From the NCBI RefSeq assembly GCF_009914755.1, contig NC_060926.1: DNA of 64,000 nt, one strand, 5' to 3'. The translations under genes and the position numbers were made by a program. Shown piece after piece: positions 12,986 through 27,873 of this stretch; the first letter of the stretch is position 1, and every line of letters begins with the position of its first letter. The DNA comes from the human T2T-CHM13v2.0 reference genome, Homo sapiens. Under the pieces are notes generated by a model that did not search any database, was not told the origin of the DNA, and saw only the letters and a program-made list of their open reading frames with translations.

Positions 12986-13777
12986 CAAAATGAGCTTATC
13001 TAGCAGCTGGAATCCATCTCTATTGTGAAACTGACTCAGATGATCTCATCTCCTTATGTGTAGCTTACAGCATTCTATTTAGTTACTTGTGAAAGATAAA
13101 CGGGGTGTAAGTATTCCTGTGGCTAGTGATTAGTCTCAGGGACTTGAAAAGACATTTTAGAATAAATTAAACTATTATTAATCTTGCTGTTTCATCAAGA
13201 AATTATGTCCCCAAATTCAGTTCCACCTTAAGTGTTATCAGAAAGAATATTACTGTAGTTATCAAGATATGATTCTTTAGTTAATACAACGTAATGAGTT
13301 TGAACTACAACTGTTACTTAATATCTTAGCATTTCCCGGTTTCCTTACCTGTCGAATGGGAAGAATAATACTTAACAAAATACTTAAACTACAGTGAAAA
13401 TACTACATGTCAGAATTTGTAGGACCTAGATAAAACACTGTGTAAGGGTAATTTATAACTTCAAATACATTTATCAGGACGAAAGTACTATTGAAAGCTA
13501 AAGAGCTAAGAATGCAGATAAAAAGCACAAGCAGCAGAGTAACATCCCCGCCCCCACCACACACACAAGAAAGATTGGAAATAGGAAAGATAAGGATACA
13601 ATCAATGGAGACTCACACCAAAGAAGTGGGGACAATATCCAATACCAAAAGTCGTTTCCTGGAAAAGATATGATTGACAGACTTCTGGTAAGTCAGATTT
13701 AAAAAGAGATTTTCTATATTTGTCTATTTTCCTATTTCTGCCCATGCTCTTGGTTATGTCAGCTGCCAGAAACCATC

Positions 13778-14311
13778 TGTATTAGGGTTCTGTAGATGGA
13801 CAGAACTAATAGGATATATGTATACATGAAAGGGAGTTTATTAAGAAGAATTGATTCACACGACCACAAGGTGAAGTCCCACAATAGGCTGTATGCAAGT
13901 TGAGCAAGGAAGCCAGTAGTGGCTCAGTCCGAGTCCCAAAACCTCAAAGGAAGGGAAGCCAACAGTGCAGCCTGCAGTCTATGGCCAATGGCCTGAGAAC
14001 CACTGGTGTAAGTCCAAGAGTCCAAAAGCCGAAGAACTTGGAGTCTGATGTTCGAGGGCAGGAAGCATCCAGCACAGGAGAAAGATGAAGGCCAGAAGAC
14101 TCACCAAGTCCACTGCTCCCACCACCTGCCTGCTTTATTATTGCCTCTCTGGCAGTTGAGGGGATGGTGCTCACCCACATTGTGGGTGGGTCTGCCTCTC
14201 CCGGTCCACTGACTCAAATGTTAATCTACTTTGGCAACACCCTCACAGACAGACCCGGGAACAATACTTTGCATCATTCAATGAAGTGGACACTTAATAT
14301 TAACTGTCACA
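13778..14311 (-). mobile_element. MLT2A-type (HERVL) solo LTR
   Basis: tgtattagggttct...ctgtcaca termini; perfect 5-bp TSD ccatc at 13773-13777 and 14312-14316. Confidence 0.88.
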
Positions 14312-15556
14312 CCATCTGACTAAGGAAAAGGGAATCAGGACTGGTGGGGAGGAACCTAGAAAGTGCCAGAGAGTCAAGGAAAATGAAGCAAAGGGACTGT
14401 CTGATAGTGGGAATAGCCTGGTCAGGATAATGTATATAGATGGATCCTTGCAGAGAGTGCCCAGTTGGCCAAGATTAGACTGTGTGCCTACTCCTTTGGC
14501 TTCTCTAGTTGAAGGCAGCATCTGAAATTATTTTGGGATGGTTGAATGGATATCAAGCAACCACAAATACAAATAATCACTGTACACTCTTTGCTGGTCA
14601 GCTTCTCTTTTCACCCTTAAGCTTACAACAGTACTCATATGTAACAATGTAGCCATTGTATACTATATCCAATACCAAAGCCAGGACCTTCAGATTATGT
14701 CCCTTCTAGTTTTGCCACATTCTCTTATTGATATTCTACAAATTATACTAGTCATTTTAATACTTATTAAGACATTGCTTTTTTATGTGAACTAGAACAA
14801 TATTTTTAAGAAGGACAAAAAGATGGGAAACTTGTTAAAATACACTTTATATATGAGAGCAAGAAAATACAGATCAAAGTTACTGTCATTTAAATTAAGC
14901 ATTTGGTTATGACACCTTCCCTTCTATACACATGTATTCTATTTTATCTTTGCTTTGGCTACTACGTTGGCTAAGTTTCTTCCCTGATAATGGCGACCAA
15001 AGCTTTATTTCTGACACATTTCAGCTCTTAGTTCATCTTTTGCCACTGTATGTGGCAGTACGAGAACAAATATATTTTCCTTCTATATTCTTCCTTGCTT
15101 ATTATGTGGCAGCATTTGTATTATAATGTTAAAACACACCAACTAATATAGTGACCCTCTTTTTTGCATGATTATTCATGGCATACAGAATCTAAAATTA
15201 CCAGATGGCAGTTTGAACTTCCGGTTCTTCTGAACCAGTTTTCTTTTTGAACTTCCTTAAGTACTAAAACCTTTAAAACAGAGTTCAGACTCAGAAGAAC
15301 AGAAAGCAAAAACTTTATTATTGGGTCACTGGGTGTAATAGAAACATCCGGCAGTGTCTTGGTTCTTGAACCCATGTAATATGGGCATGGGAGAAACCAG
15401 CAAAAATCAGTTCTTGGATAAAAACATACATTGCATCCAGAAAGATGCCATTTTAGTGTTAACTGTCAGCTAGCTTAATAACTAACTCTTGAATAGATTA
15501 TTTCAGTGTTGAAGGTGCATTATAAGAGAGAAGTCAACAAAATAAGAATTGAGTGT

Positions 15557-15840
15557 GGCCAAGTGTGGTGGCTCACACCTGTAATCCCAGCACTTTGGGA
15601 GGCTGAGGTAGGCAGATCACTTGAGGCCAAGAGTTCAACAGCAGCCTGGGCAACATGGTGAAAGTCTGTCACTACTAAAGATACAAAAACCAGTTGTGGT
15701 GGTACATGCCTGTAACCCCAGCTACTAGGAAGGCTGAGACAGAATCACCTGAACCCAGGAGGCAGAGGGCAGTGAGCCGAGATCACACTACTGCACTCCA
15801 GACAGATTCTGTCTCAAAAAAAAAAAAGAAAAAGAAAAAA
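15557..15840 (+). mobile_element. Alu
   Basis: Alu consensus with A-tail; TSD aagaattgag. Confidence 0.93.
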
Positions 15841-16824
15841 GAATTGAGCAATTGAGCACGTTGTCTTACCTCCTCAGGGTAGTAAGTTCCTTGACCAGAG
15901 CAATGTGGTGGGAATCCATGATAATGTATAAATTATGCAGTAAATAGTAGGGCTGCCAGAGGCAAGGAAAGCAAATCTAAGACCATAATGTATCTACCAG
16001 TGGGGACAAAACTGCTAAGTGCTACCTCATCTAATGCAATTAATTGGCTATCAGGTAGCTGGCTCATCCCCCAAGATATGATGCCATAAAGAGAGAGAGG
16101 GAGAGAAGTTGGTGGGGTGGGAGTGGGGCAGCAGAGATAGAAAGGCAGCAGCAGCCAGGAAAGCCTCTGAAAGTGTGGGTCCATCTGACTACCCCACCAT
16201 CCTAGCATTTTATGCTCCCATTAAGCATTGGCTTGACAGAGACTACCATCTACAGTATAGGTTATGCTGTCCACCTGATTATTTAGAGCCTCTTTCGCAA
16301 TGAAGGCTTTGTTGTGAGCATTCACATAGCTCAGAAATATTCTCAATTCTGGGTCCATTTAAAGAGCTCCATCTATATATCTCTTCCCCACCTTTCTTAA
16401 GTTGGCACCAGTCCTTTGTCAAGTCCCTGGCAATCCAGCCAAACTACTAGTTCACTCTCCTTGAATATACATAATCCTTATTTCATACCATACTTCTTCT
16501 AGCCAAGGAGACAACAGTATGAACTGCTTGAAATTTATATTGAACTCCCTAGGAAAAATTTCTTTTTCACTGCACATTGCTACCACCTATGAATGGGGGT
16601 TTATGCCCCCCACCACCTCATTTTTGGCTGGTAGTAACATATTACACAGAATCATCTATAAATTGGGCTTGAGTTTCAACATCAGTCAATTATCTATACC
16701 AAACCCTCGTGAGGCCAGGCTGCGGACTGAATGAAGAGAGGCTGCATGACAGTAGGAAGCAGGATGGGAATCTGATCATACAACTTACTCAGGACTTGAG
16801 GAAAATGAAAGGATGCATCTATGT

Positions 16825-17060
16825 CAGTGGTTCTTAAGCAAGGGCAATTTTGCCTTCCAGGGGCAAAACATAGAAATTTAGCTAATTACTTAGCAATGTT
16901 TTGAGATGTTTTTGATTGTTACAATCGGGGGCTGCTACTGGCAACTAGTCAACAGGCCAGATTGCCAAAGATTCTACAGTTCCCAGCAGAGAGGACAGTT
17001 CCCCAGGAGAGAGAATAATTCAGTCCAAAATATCAATAGTGCCAAGGTTGAAAAACCCTC
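16825..17060 (+). mobile_element. MER20 (hAT-Charlie)
   Basis: CAGTGGTTCT start; perfect 8-bp TSD atctatgt at 16817-16824 and 17061-17068. Confidence 0.85.
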
Positions 17061-18139
17061 ATCTATGTTGATGACAAAGTGAATCGGATAATATCTGGTC
17101 CAGAATGGAAAGCTGAGGTCATAGGGTTACCTGGAGTTCTAAGATGTGGTGTTCATTCTCGAAAATGCCCCAGTAGAAAGAGCTGTTTCTCTAAAGAGTT
17201 ATTAGCTAAACAAGACTTCTCTCTGCCAGTACCCTACAGACGTTTGCGTCGCAAGGTCTGCCAAAGTTTTCAACTACTATGGCCTTGTATATTATTAAAG
17301 TTCCCCATGTAATGTAGCCTCTAGCCAAAGAATTCTACTCACAAAACCAAAAAACATAACCCATAAAAAATTTTCTTCCCATCTCCATAGGCAGCCTATT
17401 TTTGTTCTCAAAGGAAAAATACTTCTGTAAGGTTACACACAGTGCTGTTAATGAATTGAAGCTGAGACTACATTTGGCCATTTAAAGTTCCTTATATTAC
17501 TAGACAATAGGCAAAATGGCTATTCTGGTACTGATTGCAGTGATTAATAATCCATCTACCAATGGGAAATCCAGTTACTGCAATACAGTGGAAGCCAGAA
17601 GGAATATGGACAAAGGTCCGAGCTGCTTCCATGTTAGACTCTCATGTTTAGTTAGAGAAATATTACAACACCTACATTGGCAGAGGCTCAAATCCCTCAG
17701 GAATGAAGTTTTGGTTAGCCTACTTGATTAAAAAATCCCTATATTTGTTAGAGTTTTGGCTGAAAGCCAAGGGAACATGGAATAGATATTGAACAGAATA
17801 AGTCAAATACTAGACTAGAGCCTTATCAATTTCAAAAATGAAGAGCCATAACCTCTACTCATTTCCTTTGTATGGCATGTGTGTTCCTGCTTTTTTTCTT
17901 CATTTCTTCCATTATTTTATGTAGGATTTTAAACATTTGGCTAACTTTATAACTTTATGTAGGGTATAGGTTACAGAATATTGTGATGAAATTACTATAG
18001 AACAGGGGGGCAGTGGAGAATTCCTGAGATCCTGGATATGGCACTGAATACAATAGTAACCTATGAGGCTCTTGATTGTCTTCCTGTAAGGAAGGGGTCA
18101 AATGAACAACAACTTGTTGTATAGTATGAGGTGGAATAG

Positions 18140-18870
<731 letters not shown>

Positions 18871-19632
18871 TAAATATTGGACAGGCAAACAAGTGGAGTC
18901 TATTGGATATTTTGTCATTTTTTGACTGCTCAACCCCAAAACTCAGTTATATTTTGCGAGAATTCCTTGTTATATGAGTGTGGGAGACAAGTCTTCAGGA
19001 TGCATTAGAGAAGGCTAAATATTGGATATTTACTTTCTCCCAACCTGATTGCTAGTGAATATAACCTTGGTGCCACCAATTTTATGCTCCTGCCCAAGTC
19101 TTTGAATTGTGAATGAATGACACAGTAACTGACAAAAAGTTGAGAATTCAGTCACAGTTGTACCATTCAGTGGTAGTGACAATGGCTTCTAGCTGTCTTT
19201 AGCAGCAGTTGGGCCACTAATTGAATCCTAATCAAACTATTTTAAAGCAAAACCTTAGCTGTAATCTCTGCTACCAGCCTTTCCTTGGTGTCTTGTCATT
19301 TTATGATCCTGGTTCTCTGGCCTTTCCTTCAATTCTGTGAGCAACTCCCTAATGTTATAACAAAATTATTTTCTTCTAAAGCTAGCCAAAGTTAGATTTC
19401 CATGTTTAAAACCAAGAACCAAACATTCATCGTATCTCAACTCTCCACCACTACCTATCCACAAAGCCCCATTAAAAAAACCTTTGTTCCACCACAATTT
19501 CTGCCATCTGGACTCATTTCTTATAATACTAATTTTAAAAAGTATAATATGCTATCTACTCTTATTATTTTATAATGACTCATCTTTTTAAAGTCTTTTA
19601 GACTCCTTTTTATGTGCATAATACCTAGGCTG

Positions 19633-20627
19633 TGAAGGGGGCCAGCCCCTCCACACCTGTGGGTATTTCTTGTCGGGTGGGACGAGAGACTGAGAAAAGA
19701 AATAAGACACAGAGACAAAGTACAGAGAAAGAAAAGTGGGCCCAAGGGACCAGCCCTCAGCATACAGAGGACCTGCACCGGCACTGGTCTCTGAGTTACC
19801 CCAGTATTTATTAATTACTATTTTCACTATCTCAGCAAGAGGAATGCGGCAGGAGAGCAGGGTGATAGTTGGGGAGAAGGTCAGCAAGAAAACATGTGAG
19901 CAAAGGAATCTGTGTCACAAATAAGTTCAAAGGGAGGTAGTACGCCTCAATGTGCATGTAGGCCAGATTTATGTTTCTCTCCGCCCAGACATCTCAGTGG
20001 AGTAAAGAATAACAAAGCAACATTGCTGCCAACATGTCTCGCCTCCTGCCACATGGCGGTTTTTCTTCTATCTCAGAATTGAACAAATGTACAATTGGGT
20101 TTTATACTGAGACATTCAGTTCACAGGGGCAGGCAGGAGACAGTGGCCTTCCTCTACCTCAACTGCAAGAGGCCTTCCTCTTTTACTAATCCTCCTCAGC
20201 ACAGACCCTTCACGGGTGTCAGGCTGGGGGACGATCAGGTCTTTCTCATCCCACGAGGCCATATTTCAGACTATCACATGGGGAAAAACCTTGGACAATA
20301 CCCGGCTTTCCAGGACAGAGGTCCCTGCGGCTTTCCACAGTGCATTGTGCCCCTGGTTTATCGAGACTAGAGAATGGCTATGAGTTTTACCAAGCATATT
20401 GCTTGTAAACATTTTGTTAACAAGGCACTTCTTGCACAGCCCTAGATCCCTTAAACCTTGATTCCATACAACACATGTTCCTGAGCTCAAGGCTGGGGCA
20501 AAGTTATAGATTAACAGCATCTCAGGGCAAAGCAATTGTTCAGGGTACAGGTCAAAATGGAATTTCTTATGTCTTCCCTTTCTACATAGACACAGTAACA
20601 GTCTGATTTCTCTTTTTTTTCCCTACA
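19633..20627 (-). mobile_element. HERV-K(HML-2) solo LTR5 (LTR5A/B-like), 995 bp
   Basis: Minus strand TGTAGGGAAAA...ATCAGACTGTTACTGTGTCTATGTAGAAAG through ...GGCCCCCTTCA; flanks ggctg/gcctg. Confidence 0.9.
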
Positions 20628-20671
20628 GCCTGGAGCTTACACACAACAAGCGCTCAGTAATTGTTTTTGTT

Positions 20672-20966
20672 TGTTTTCAGTTGGGGTCTTGTTCTGTTAC
20701 CCAGGCTGGAGTGTAGTGGTACGATTAGTGCTTACTGCAGCCTCAACCTGTCAGGCTCAAGTGATCCTCCCACCTCAGCCTCCTGAGTAGCTAGGACTGC
20801 AGGCGTGCACCACCATGCCCAGCCAATTTTTAAATTTTGTTGTAGAGACAGGGTTTTGTTATGTTGCCCAGTCTAATCTTGAACTCCTGGGCTCAAACAG
20901 TCCTCCTGCCTCCGTCTTCCAAATTATTGGGATTACAGGCATGAGTTACTGCCACTGTGCCTGACC
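20672..20966 (-). mobile_element. AluJ-type
   Basis: Antisense Alu; TSD ctcagtaattgttt/ctcagtaactgttt. Confidence 0.9.
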
Positions 20967-21195
20967 CTCAGTAACTGTTTATGACATTTACTGAACTAGT
21001 CTGTGCATAGAATTACAAAGTCATATAAGGAAAAAATGAAAAAATTTTTGGAAGATATGACTTCACTTTCTGAGCATCTTATAATGCACAAATAGACAAT
21101 AAGAAAACTTACTACAAGCACATAAGCAAGTATTTCCTATGGTAGTACAAATATCTTTATACAATACTAAATTTTTTTCAAAAACACAAAAAAGG

Positions 21196-21490
21196 GGCCA
21201 GGTGCAGTGGCTCACGCCTGTAATTCCAGCACTTTGGGAGGCTGAGGCAGGTAGATCACCTGATGTCAGGAGTTCTAGACCAGCCCTGCCAACATGGTGA
21301 AACCCCTGTCTCTACTAAAAATACAAAAATTAGCCAGGCATGGTGGCGCACACTTGTAATCCCAGCTACTTGGGAGCTGAGGCATGAGAATCACCTGAAC
21401 CTGGGAGGCAGAGGGTGCAGTGAGCCGACTGCACTCCAGCCTGGGTGACAGTGAGAATCAGTCTCAAAAAAAAAAAAAAAACAAAAAAAA
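21196..21490 (+). mobile_element. AluS-type
   Basis: Alu consensus with A-tail. Confidence 0.93.
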
Positions 21491-21759
21491 ACCCAAAAGG
21501 TAAAAGTAATAAGTATGGTTTTAAAAATAAAGTGTATTTCTGGATTTTCTTAAGATCTGACCATTTGCAGTTTCATTGGACTGAGCAGATAAGTGATGTG
21601 ATTAAGGGACAGATAATGTGATTTATCCATATTTTTATAAATTAATATATCAGAGCAAGCCTCCACAATAAAGTATTTTTAAATACTGAGTCATTAGAAT
21701 AAAAGCCCAAATTATAAAAAATTACAGGTCGCTTCTCTGTGTAAAGACATATCCAGCAA

Positions 21760-22750
21760 TATGAGAAAGTCCATTAAAAAACAGTGCTTAGAATGATAAT
21801 TTTATTTATAACCTGAAAAAGTTGTACACAACCAAACATCCAAATTTACAGATGACACTAAACTCTCCTAGGTATTGGAATTTGGAAACATTTTATAAGA
21901 ATACCTCAGAAAGCCATACAAATGGGCAGGAAAATGACAGATGTTTGAGAGTGGACAAAACTTGGTAACATTATGAGGAAAAAAAGCCCCCAAATTTGTA
22001 CATCAGGAACCACCAGGGAAAGCATTAAAAACAATTGAAATACATAACTTTGAACTAAAGTTCTGGCCTCCAGTACTCAAGAAAAACATTTCAAATCCCT
22101 GCTGAAAAGATATACCAAATTTAAGAGTTCTCAATTCCAGGACTCCACTTCCCCCAACCCCAACCCCAACCCCAACCCCACAGATACCAAAATCTGTGGA
22201 TGCTCAAGTTCCTCCTATAAAATGGTGTATTTGTATATAACCTATGCATATCCTTCAATAGGCTTTAAATAATCTCTAGATTACCTATAATACCTAACAC
22301 AGTGTAGATGCTATATAAATAGTTGTCATGCTATATGAATAGTTGTCATACTATTTTTTATTTGTATTATTTTTATTGTTGTATTGCTATTTGGGTTTTT
22401 TTAAACTTTTTTGAATATTTTTCATTGGTGGTTGAATCTTCGGGTTCTGGAGGGTCATCTGTATGTATTTGCCAGATGTGGAGGGAGGGCCATAGTAATT
22501 AGTGGTTTATTCAATCATAGAGGGCATAAGTAGAATTAAAATAGGCTTGTGCAAATATTATATATTCCCAATATAAAATATTACATATTCCCAAAATATA
22601 ATAATAAGGGGTCCTCAGAGCTCCTAATTGATAGTTTTAGAAGAAAAAAAATTCTCAGTGCATTGCAAACTTACAAAATATAATTTCTATCTAGAGGTAG
22701 AATGAGCTGTTGTAAGTCTAGATAGTTTTGATAAAGGTTTATAGAACCAT
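21760..22750 (+). mobile_element. CR1/L3 LINE remnant (RT fragment), interrupted by MER2
   Basis: aaatttacagatgacactaaactc near 21843 translates to KFTDDTKL, matching the CR1 RT motif KFADDTKL. Confidence 0.55.
22135..22463 (+). mobile_element. MER2 fragment containing (CCCCAA)n
   Basis: ttccaggac...ataccaaaatctgtggatgctcaagt...atacctaacacagtgtagatgctat. Confidence 0.8.
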
Positions 22751-23283
22751 GAATAATAAATGCTGCAGCTTTTGAAGGCAGAATGTTTCAGAAATAAAAT
22801 TAATCTTACAGGAAAAATGTTCTGGAAAGTAATGAAGAATTGTTTTGTGTTACCACTATGAAGAACACTGAAATGGATGAACGATTATTTTCTGACATTG
22901 ACCTTAGCAGCCTTTTCTTTCCAACAAAACTTAGTAACACTGTTTTCTTGACACTTCTTTCAGCATGGTACTCCTTGCCCCTCCCTCTGTTCCCAGAAAT
23001 CAACTGTGTTTTACACTTACTATTGAAATTAACTGTGGAGTTGGGCCCATTCTGGACTCACTGAGCTCTTCTTTTCCTTCTCTTTAGAGAAGACTAAAGA
23101 GCAGCCACTTGGTGGCTTTGGGTCAGCTCCAGAATGGATCTGGATATTCAGTTCAGTGTAATATGAAGGGGAAAACAGGAATCCCTAAGAGCAGTTTAAT
23201 GTTAAAAACAAAGTCCTGATCCCCCCGAAATTTTTGTAGGTGTTAGCACTGCTGCTGCAATTTTAACCTTAAAAAAATCTACC

Positions 23284-23621
<338 letters not shown>

Positions 23622-24314
23622 TTATATTTTTAAAAATAGGACTTTTTAAATCTGTATTTCAGCTAGATACCAGAAAAGTAATTACTACTTCTGGGTGAGT
23701 TATAATCAGTCACAATTCTTAGTGCTGTACAAACCTGTCCAAAGTGAAGGTTAGAATGCTGACTCTAAAAGTGTAATGACAGCATAATTTTCCACTTGGC
23801 ATTAAATACAGGTAGTGCTTACACTGTTGGATGTTATAAGTTCCTATTGATATAAAATATAAAGTGCATGACATATTCTACATAAGTTTTTATACAAAAT
23901 TGTACTTTCAAATTGAGCGAATTTCTATTTGTATTAGGTTCACAGAAACAAAGTAAGAGTCATACTTAAGTATAGTGTAGGCATCTAATAAGAAACGTTT
24001 TATATAATTCATAGAATAAATTTTTTTACCTGTTTCTTGCTATCAATGGAATAGAATAAATTATTTTAAACTGAAATACCTACTAGAGTGAATTTCCTGA
24101 AAACCTTTCTTGTTAAACAAATTTTTATACTTAGTCTTATGGCAGGTATAAATCAAAACTATTAGTAGATCCTATTTCTCTGTCTCCCAGTAAGAACTGA
24201 GTTTTTATTTTGTAGAAATGTCTCAGAAATAAGGTCAGTGAAAAAAAGCTTATTTTAGTGCCATAAACATATACATGTAAAAGAAAATAAGCAGTTTTCC
24301 ATAGAAAAAAAATC

Positions 24315-24601
24315 TTTTTTTTGAGACAGGGTCCTGCTCTGTCACCCAGAATAGAGTGCAGTGGCATGACCACAGTTCACTGCAGCCTCAACCTCCAGGA
24401 TCCACTGATCCTCCCACCTCAGCCTCCTGACTAGCTAGGACTACAGGTGTGTGTCACCACGCCTGGCTAATTTTTTTTATTTTGTGGATACAGGGTCTTG
24501 CTATGTTGACAGAGCTGGTCTCAAACTCCTGGGCTTAAGTGATTCTCACACTTTGGCCTCCCAAAGTGTTGGGATTATAGGCATGAGCCACTGTGCCCAG
24601 C
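24315..24601 (-). mobile_element. AluJ-type
   Basis: Antisense Alu; TSD gaaaaaaaatctt. Confidence 0.9.
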
Positions 24602-26197
24602 TGAAAAAAAATCTTAGAAAAGAAATTTTATTTTGGTAACTTATTACTACCAAAAACGGGCAGATACACCTCAAACCAACAATGAAGATTTTAAGCAATT
24701 GGAAATTTCTTAGTATTTAAAGAATAAATCTTAATGATTTAGGTAATATAATAAAGAATATGCCCTCCCAGGCCCCCCAGTGCAATATGAACTGGGAAAT
24801 CAAAGGAAAATTTTAAAAAGTAACTATAGCAAGGCTCTTATAATATATTTATTCATGTACTCCTATATTAAGAACATTTTTTATAATACAGGAAAAAGGA
24901 AAAAATGTGTAGCAAATGGCTGATGTTGATACCATGAAGCTAGGGGAATATAAGAGTATTAAACTGTAGTTTAGGACATGCTCCTTCCTGGTTAAATATC
25001 TGAAGGCTTTGTAGGAACAATTCAATGAGTGACTAATGAAAATTTCTTTTGGTTTGGCAATATGTGTTAAGAGCTTTGATCTCCTAATTTCACTTCTAGG
25101 GCTTTATCCTAAATAATACAGAGCACAAAAAAATTCTATATACCAGATATATCCTTTATAGCATATAATTTATTGTGGTAGAAAATAATGAAAGTGAACT
25201 AAAAAACCAATAACATAGTACAGAAACACAATGGAATACTGCACAGCATTTAAAAATAATGGCTGTCAAGAGGAATAATATAGGAAATGTTATAACATTA
25301 AATAAAAGAAAGATACAGAATGAAGCTGTATTTCAACCATGTAAAATAACTGCATAGAAAGAAGATGTAAAGAAGATTCATTGAAATAGAGGTTTTCTGT
25401 GAGCCATTAAATTACAGGTGATGTTAATTTTCTTCTTTACAGATTTCTACATTTTCTAAATTTGCTATAAATGTATATTCTATAAATAGAAAACTTATTT
25501 TTAAAAATTAGGAATAGTAATTAGCTACTTATAATTCTTGTGAGGATTAAATAAGATCCTGAATATGAAATTGTCTACACATGCTGTTACCTTAGGAACA
25601 ATAAGAGAAGGGGTGGCTCCCCTATCTAGCAATCAGAGTTGCTTTTATTACTGTCAGAAGAAAGTAACACAAATTAATCCCTGCATGCTGCATATAATCA
25701 AATTCTATAGCTCTATTTATACACATTTTCAGGGATATTCATTGAAGAATTGTTTTAATAGCAAACAGCAGGAAACAACCTAAATGATCACAGCAGAGGA
25801 CTGATTAAATCTATTTTGTTCATCTACACGGTGGAATACTAGGCAGCATTCAAAAGAATGAGGTAGATCTGTAGGTATCGAAAAGAAACATCCATGGTTT
25901 AGCTGTACTTGAAAGCTAAATTGCTAAAAAAGAATGTATTGTATAATCCCAGCTTCGTCAAAGACAGAATAAAGACAAATTCTTACATGTTATACACATG
26001 GGTCTGATACAATACTCTTTTAATGGGCTAAACAGGTGATATATGACTAAATCTCTGATTTAAAAATTGAGAAAATACCAAAGTGTCCAACTACTTTTAA
26101 GATGTTAATGTTTAAAAGCATAGCATACTTCAGATGTTTTTTACCTCTATTACTGCGAGACGTCAGTAATTTATTAAGAGTAATAAAGTATCTGAGA

Positions 26198-26345
26198 TGG
26201 GCAGGGTGGCTCCTACCTGTAATTTTGGCACTTTGGGAGGTCAAGGTTGGAGGATTGCTTGAGCCTAGGAGTTTGAGACCAGCCAGGGCAAAAAAGTGAG
26301 AACCTGTCTCTATAAAAAGAATTATTAAATAAAAAATTTAAAAAG
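26198..26345 (+). mobile_element. FLAM (free left Alu monomer)
   Basis: Single left monomer; TSD taataaagtatctg. Confidence 0.8.
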
Positions 26346-26519
26346 AATAATAAAGTATCTGTTAAGACAATACGGGTTCAGATGAAAGAAATGTGCTCGG
26401 GATACTTTATTATATAGATGCTGTGTAATCTCTCAGAAACAAAGGTTGAAATGCAAAGCCTTTTTGTATACCCAAAGTCTTGGATCATGCTGTACCACTT
26501 TGACAAGGTAAGTTCATAC

Positions 26520-26762
26520 CAAGGATGTGATTTATGGTGAATATCTGCGTTTGTTCTGGGGTGAGAAGGGCTGGAGCCTATGTGAATGATTCCCAATAAA
26601 AACCCTGGATCTCAAGGCTCAGGTAAGTTTCCCTGTTTGGCAACACTTCACACATTGTCACACATCATTGCTGGAAGAATTAAGCATGTCCCCATGGGAC
26701 TCTGCTGTGAGGGGACACCTGGAAGCTTGCACCTGGATTCTTCTGGACTTCACCTCTTGCCC
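26520..26762 (+). mobile_element. MER21-like LTR fragment
   Basis: cccaataaaaaccctggatctcaaggctcagg...cctggaagcttgcacctgg. Confidence 0.65.
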
Positions 26763-27284
26763 TGAAGTATTTAATATTATGAGCTAGGAGCAGCTCAGGA
26801 AGAGTGTAGCCTCAGCATGAACACTGATTGATCCCCAAGTTAGTGGTGGGAATGAGTTAACTTACTACAAATCTCACAACAGGTTCTATCTTGAAGAAAA
26901 AACTGAATGGCACACCTCTAGGACTACTACAATTCCAAGATCTAAAATTCCAGGATTATGATGATTCCTCCTTTTCATTCCATAGAGAGAGAGGAAGAGA
27001 AGAGAGAGAAAGTGAATGAGAGAGAGAAAAAGAGAGAGAGAGAAAATCAGTGTCTCAATTTGAGCACCATAGGCCAGGTTTGCTAGGAAGCTGTGTTGTG
27101 AGTGTCCCTGCTTGCTTCAACCTGCTCCCTCCTGTGTGATGTAGATTTATTTTTCTTCTCTCTCATGCTCCTTTTAGCCTGTCACTCTGAAAGTCCGTTT
27201 ACCACTTTCTTTTCTTCTACTAGTGATATGATAGGGAATCCTGTGAGGGCTGGCAGCATCATTTTATCTTCTCTTTGTAAAGGA

Positions 27285-27873
<589 letters not shown>

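Larger units (their letters stand above)
14580..17650 (-). mobile_element. Decayed ERVL internal region (pol: RT/RNaseH/integrase remnants)
   Basis: Minus-strand remnants resembling ERVL pol (EKQL, ITPSDPIIKFLL, KKRVTILVGV); many frameshifts; interrupted by Alu and MER20. Confidence 0.65.

Noticed and set aside
22151-22179. Interstitial telomeric sequence
   Set aside because: The unit is TTGGGG rather than TTAGGG, it is short, and it is embedded in MER2.
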